DNA from: Vezdaea acicularis
Lineage: Eukaryota
DNA: 64,000 bases
Direction: 5' to 3'
NCBI GenBank assembly: GCA_026025075.1
Contig: JAPEUI010000039.1
Coordinates: forward strand, 62,001-126,000
Position numbers and translations under genes: made by a program. Under the pieces are notes generated by a model. The model searched no databases and had not been told where the DNA came from. It saw only the letters and a list, made by a program, of their open reading frames with translations. Shown here piece after piece: positions 59,865 to 64,000 of the stretch; the first letter of the stretch is position 1, and each line of letters opens with the position of its first letter.

Positions 59865-62836
59865 ATGGATAGCCTCTCTGGCTTTGACTGGCCTTCCCAA
59901 CCTTCGCACGCGAGCAATCAGACAGCTCATGTCAAATATCCAACCCTACAACCTACTCCATCCCCAGTGAGCTCAGGCAGAGCTTCTCCACTACCCAATC
60001 AGTCATCAACTCTGGGCAATCCCCCGAAAGGCTCAAGTGGGTCGAAGGATAGCTTCTCAACCCTTGTTGCATTTGGATCGGCAAAGTCGACGAACAATTT
60101 ATCCCTCCAGGAACGCCAAAAGCAGCTTCAAGAGCAGAAGCTTGCACAGGAATCAGAGAGGAGGAAGCAGTATGAATCACAATTTGGAGCGCAGAATGCT
60201 CAGTTTTGGGACACATGGGAGGGCTCAGGGTCGAAGAACCCCGCACAAACGAACTCTGGGCTGAGCAAAACGATCACCGCGAATACGATACGTTCCGCTC
60301 AAGAGGAGGAGGACGATCTATTGTCCGCTTTCTCATCAGAAGCGCCTGTCAATTCGTCGTCATACTTTCCGCCGCCTGTATCTACCAGGGAAAGTAATAC
60401 TCCAAGTGGACTTCGTGCAATCACTCCACCATATCCAACTGCTAAGAGTGGAGAGGGTTCTTCTCCAGGGAAGGCGTTTGTTGGGACATTCACTCAAGAT
60501 GATAATGACCCTTTCGGACTAGGCAGCCTGCCAATCAAAAAGGTTGCATCTAATGCTACTAAAGCGCCCCAAGAAGTCGCTACCAATAATGACGACGACG
60601 ACGACGACGTCTTGGGCCTTCTTGGGAAACCAATCTCAGATTTGCCAAAGCCCACAACGCCAAAGGCCATCCTAAGCTCGAATATCAACACTCAGAATGC
60701 AGTTCTCCGGCCAGCAAGCTCTCAAGACGGGCCAGTTGCAGAGCTTGTTGATATGGGTTTCCCAGAAGAAAAAGCACGGCGGGCTTTGGCGGAGACGGAC
60801 TCTGGAATCAATGTTCAAGCTGCTGTAGGCATATTGCTCAACAAGGCGCACGAGGAGTCAAGACAGAAGAACAAAGGGCAGCCACAGCTGAATGCTCGCT
60901 CTGGCGAGTCTACCGACAGCACTTCAGGCCTAGATCGAAGTCAAAAAAGGGGGGCAGGTGCTGATGCAGGCGACAGATTGCCTGCTTGGATGCAAGGTGA
61001 GGTTCGCTCAGGCTCAAGGCCACGTCGAAAAGAGACAGACTCTCCAGCCGATAGCGAGAAGGATATCTCCCAACTTGCGTCTGAAGTTGGGAGCAATCTC
61101 TTCAAGTCTGCTAATTCACTGTGGAATACAAGCCGCAAGAAAGTCCAAAAAGCAGTGGCAGAGTTTCAACAAGAGGGAGGCCCAAGTCAACCCAAGTGGA
61201 TGCGAGACGCACAGCTACAAGCTGAGAGTGGACGAGCACCCGCAGACAATGAAGATTATGGCAGCAATTCCCGAAGCAGCAAGGAATCCCGGACTGCTCA
61301 CACGAATAGGTCTGAGAGTGTAACAGACGAGGCAATGATGCTGGAGATGGGGGGCACACGGCCGCCACCAAGGAAAGCAAAGATGAGTGGCGTGGAAACA
61401 CGCTCAAGCACGACGTCTTCAAGAGACCAGTCCCCAGCTTTTGGACCCGAGTCGGCAGAACCACAAAGGGGCAAACCCGCTTGGATGAACGAACGCTCTG
61501 CATCCTCACAACGAGACCCTCGCTCAAAACTAAGTCGACAAACAATAGAGGAGCAAAGCTCCCAGGCCTACATCAGCCCCGCTCGCAGGAAAAAGACCTC
61601 AACACCACAGCCTCAGGACAAAGCACGAGACGAGGACCTTCTTCCAGAACAGCCGTCCCGTCCTACGTCGACGCCTTCCCTCCAATCGCGCAATCCCTTC
61701 CAGCCCCTCACCAAACCAGCGCCACCACCCAAACCCTCAAAGCCATCCTCCGCATCCATCCCCACCCGCCCCAAAGCCCCTCCCCGCCACATCCCCCCAA
61801 CCTCCCAACACGCCCTCCAATCCTCAACGACGCACCGCCTCCGCGGCACCGACGCTTTCAAACGCGGCGACTACGCCGCCGCCCACACCGCCTACACATC
61901 CGCCCTCTCTCCTCTCCCCGAACGACATCCCCTAACCATAATCCTCCTAACCAACCGCTCCCTCACCGGCCTCAAAACCGGCTCCCCCAAATCCGCCGCC
62001 GCCGACGCCGACGCCGCATTGACACTCATCGGCCCCTCCCGTGGCGAAGGCGAGAGCATCGACACCGGCCCCGGCCCAAGTGGCGGCGCGAAGGACATGC
62101 ACGCCTTCTACGCCAAAGCCCTAACCCGCAAAGCCGAAGCGCTCGAACAGCTCGAGAAATGGGCCCAAGCCGCCACCGTATGGCGCACCGCCGTCCAAGC
62201 CGGCCTCGGCGGCCCCACCGCCATCCAAGGCCGCGACCGCTGCGAAAAAGCCGCTACCGCCCCCCCCTCCTCCGCACGACATCCCGCCCCCGCTCGACCC
62301 CTCCAGAAGAAGAAACCCCTCCCCCCCAAAAGACCCCTCATCGATCCCACCAAATCCACCGAAGCCGTCTCCCGCCTCCGCGCCGCCAACGCGGCCGCCG
62401 AACGCGCCGACGACGAGAAATTCGCCCTCGCGGACGCCGTGGATGCCAGACTCGCCGCGTGGCGCGGCGGGAAGGCGGACAATCTCCGCGCGCTGCTCGG
62501 CAGTCTGGACAAAGTCCTTTGGGAGGGCGCCGGTTGGAAGAAGGTTGGTATGGCGGATCTGGTGCTCCCGGCGAAGGTTAAGCTCGTGTATATGCGCGGG
62601 ATTGGCAGGGTGCATCCGGATAAGGTGGGTTGTTTACCTTTTCTTTGTCCTCTTGGGGGTGGTGGAGTGGAGAGAGGAGGGGGTGGGAGGGGGGTGATAG
62701 GGAAATGCAAGGGGGGCTAACGTGCATATGCCAGATTCCGACCAACGCGACGACGGAGCAGAAGATGATTAGTGCGGCGGTGTTTAGCACGTTGAATGAG
62801 GCGTGGGATAAGTTCAAGAAGGAGAATGGGCTCTAG
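59865..62836 (+). CDS. SWA2: Auxilin-like clathrin uncoating factor (UBA, TPR, J domain); intron 62625-62734
   Basis: DPF motif, UBA LVDMGFP, TPR GTDAFKRGDY...KALTRKAEALE, W.GGKADNLRALL, HPDK. Confidence 0.92.
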
Positions 62837-63043
62837 TGCGCGAGATGAGCGAGAGGGGGATAGAGAGGTTAGCGAGAGAGGCTCAGCTCACGCCTAGGCG
62901 AACGAGGACCTGCCTATTTCCTTGCAGATGGCTACGGCCATGTAAGACGTGCTTTGTCTTAGACTAGACTAGATGAGACGGGAGGTGATGAATTACTCCA
63001 TAATATCGCTACCACGAACACGCTCAACCCCCCTCGGGACCTC

Positions 63044-64000
63044 TCACTCCCGCTCCACCCGCCCTCCCAAACCTTTTAAAGCGCGCCCAACCCTCTCAAC
63101 CGCCATCCTAGCCTGCACCACTTCACTCGCCCCCTCCAACCCCTCCCCCTCCCCCTCCCGTGCAGCAGCACCATCAACCACTTCCCCCACCTCCGCCTCC
63201 ACCCCCCTCAGCGCCATTCTCCCTTCCTCTCTAACCGTATCTACCCACTCGCCTCTGACGCTTTCCCAACCATCCTGCAAGCGCCTAGCAGCCCACACGA
63301 GCCCAACAGCCGCCACGGCGCCGGCCTCGAAGAAGGACGCGTCGCCCGCGACCAGCACGAGGGCGGCGAGGGCGGAGCTAGCGCTTAGAGTGGAGAGGGC
63401 GCGGAGGAGGAGGGATTGGGCGGTGCGGTGGAGGGGAGGGATGGATGCGTAGAGGGAGTTGCGGGAGTGAGGGATTGTTTGGGGCCAGGGGCGAGGTGGG
63501 AAGAGAGGCGATGCGTGGGGATCTGTCTCGGCGGCAGCGGCGCGGTGGTAATCGGCCCACAGGACGGAAGTCAGGGGCGGAAGAGGGGCGCTTCCGAGGG
63601 GTCGTTGCTCCGACTCAACATCTCTCGCCGGGTCCGGAAGGGGGTTCTGCCACGCTGCGCGCTCGGGCGTGTCCCTAGACGAGTCGATGAGGCCGGCCTG
63701 CGCGAGCCGGCCGGCGAGGAAGATGAGGTCTTTCTCGGCCTGGACGAGATAGCGGGAGCGCAGGATGTCGGCGCAGACGAGGGAGATGTCGTCGATGCGG
63801 AGGGGGAGTTTCCACCAGCTCAGCGAGCGCCAGGCGGGGCTGATGAAGGCGGCGTCGAGGGCGTCGCGGAGTTCGAGGTGGGATTGTTCGGACCAGGTGT
63901 GGAGAGCCTGGGAGAGGGCGAGGCGGGTGGATGGGGAGATGGTGGGGGAGGGAGGGTGCAAGTTTGGGGTGCGTTGGATGGTGGAGAGGGTGCTGGTTAG
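63044..64000 (-). CDS. Conserved fungal Mmc1-like protein, C-terminal part; 5' end beyond the window
   Basis: Frame open to the window edge; WSEQSHLELR, LSWWKLPLRIDD, hydrophobic AVAAVGLVWAARRLQ..W; family from recall. Confidence 0.7.
   Translation of the reverse strand, partial: LTSTLSTIQRTPNLHPPSPTISPSTRLALSQALHTWSEQSHLELRDALDAAFISPAWRSLSWWKLPLRIDDISLVCADILRSRYLVQAEKDLIFLAGRLAQAGLIDSSRDTPERAAWQNPLPDPARDVESEQRPLGSAPLPPLTSVLWADYHRAAAAETDPHASPLFPPRPWPQTIPHSRNSLYASIPPLHRTAQSLLLRALSTLSASSALAALVLVAGDASFFEAGAVAAVGLVWAARRLQDGWESVRGEWVDTVREEGRMALRGVEAEVGEVVDGAAAREGEGEGLEGASEVVQARMAVERVGRALKGLGGRVERE

Noticed and set aside
61481..62710. Long alternative-frame and antisense ORFs over SWA2 (366, 200 and 164 aa)
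   Set aside because: Shadow ORFs caused by stop-codon depletion in GC/C-rich coding sequence
1..64000. Transposons, RIP-mutated blocks, CRISPR, rRNA, secondary-metabolite cluster
   Set aside because: No transposase/RT ORF, terminal repeats, extended AT-rich block, spaced repeats or PKS/NRPS domains seen

Overview
Gene-dense chromosomal DNA from a filamentous ascomycete (Pezizomycotina). The evidence is short GT-AG introns with CTRAC/CTAAT branch points and typical fungal housekeeping genes. About 29 protein-coding genes were reconstructed by eye, including CTK1, NPY1, SSL2/XPB, WDR83, a CASTOR-like ACT protein, a CID protein, septin CDC12, PWP2, SPO11, UBC7, AIM25, SEN2, RAD9/crb2, MRP7, LCL2, NOP10, NOB1, APM1, CTF4/sepB, a PQ-loop transporter, an aldo-keto reductase, YAR1, a WW protein, SWA2 and an Mmc1-like gene. 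I saw no transposon, rRNA, true tRNA, CRISPR or secondary-metabolite cluster, and I cannot demonstrate a new biological system. The best leads are: a 2.7 kb gene-free, hairpin-rich interval beside NOB1 (candidate long structured ncRNA); a decayed small-GTPase relic and a long hairpin between UBC7 and AIM25; non-canonical splice sites in PWP2 (GAG acceptor) and SPO11 (GC donor); a spliced overlapping uORF on the CASTOR-like gene; a structured 300-nt APM1 intron; and localized C-rich/G-rich skew flips. Exon boundaries were read manually, and family assignments come from recalled motifs, not database searches.
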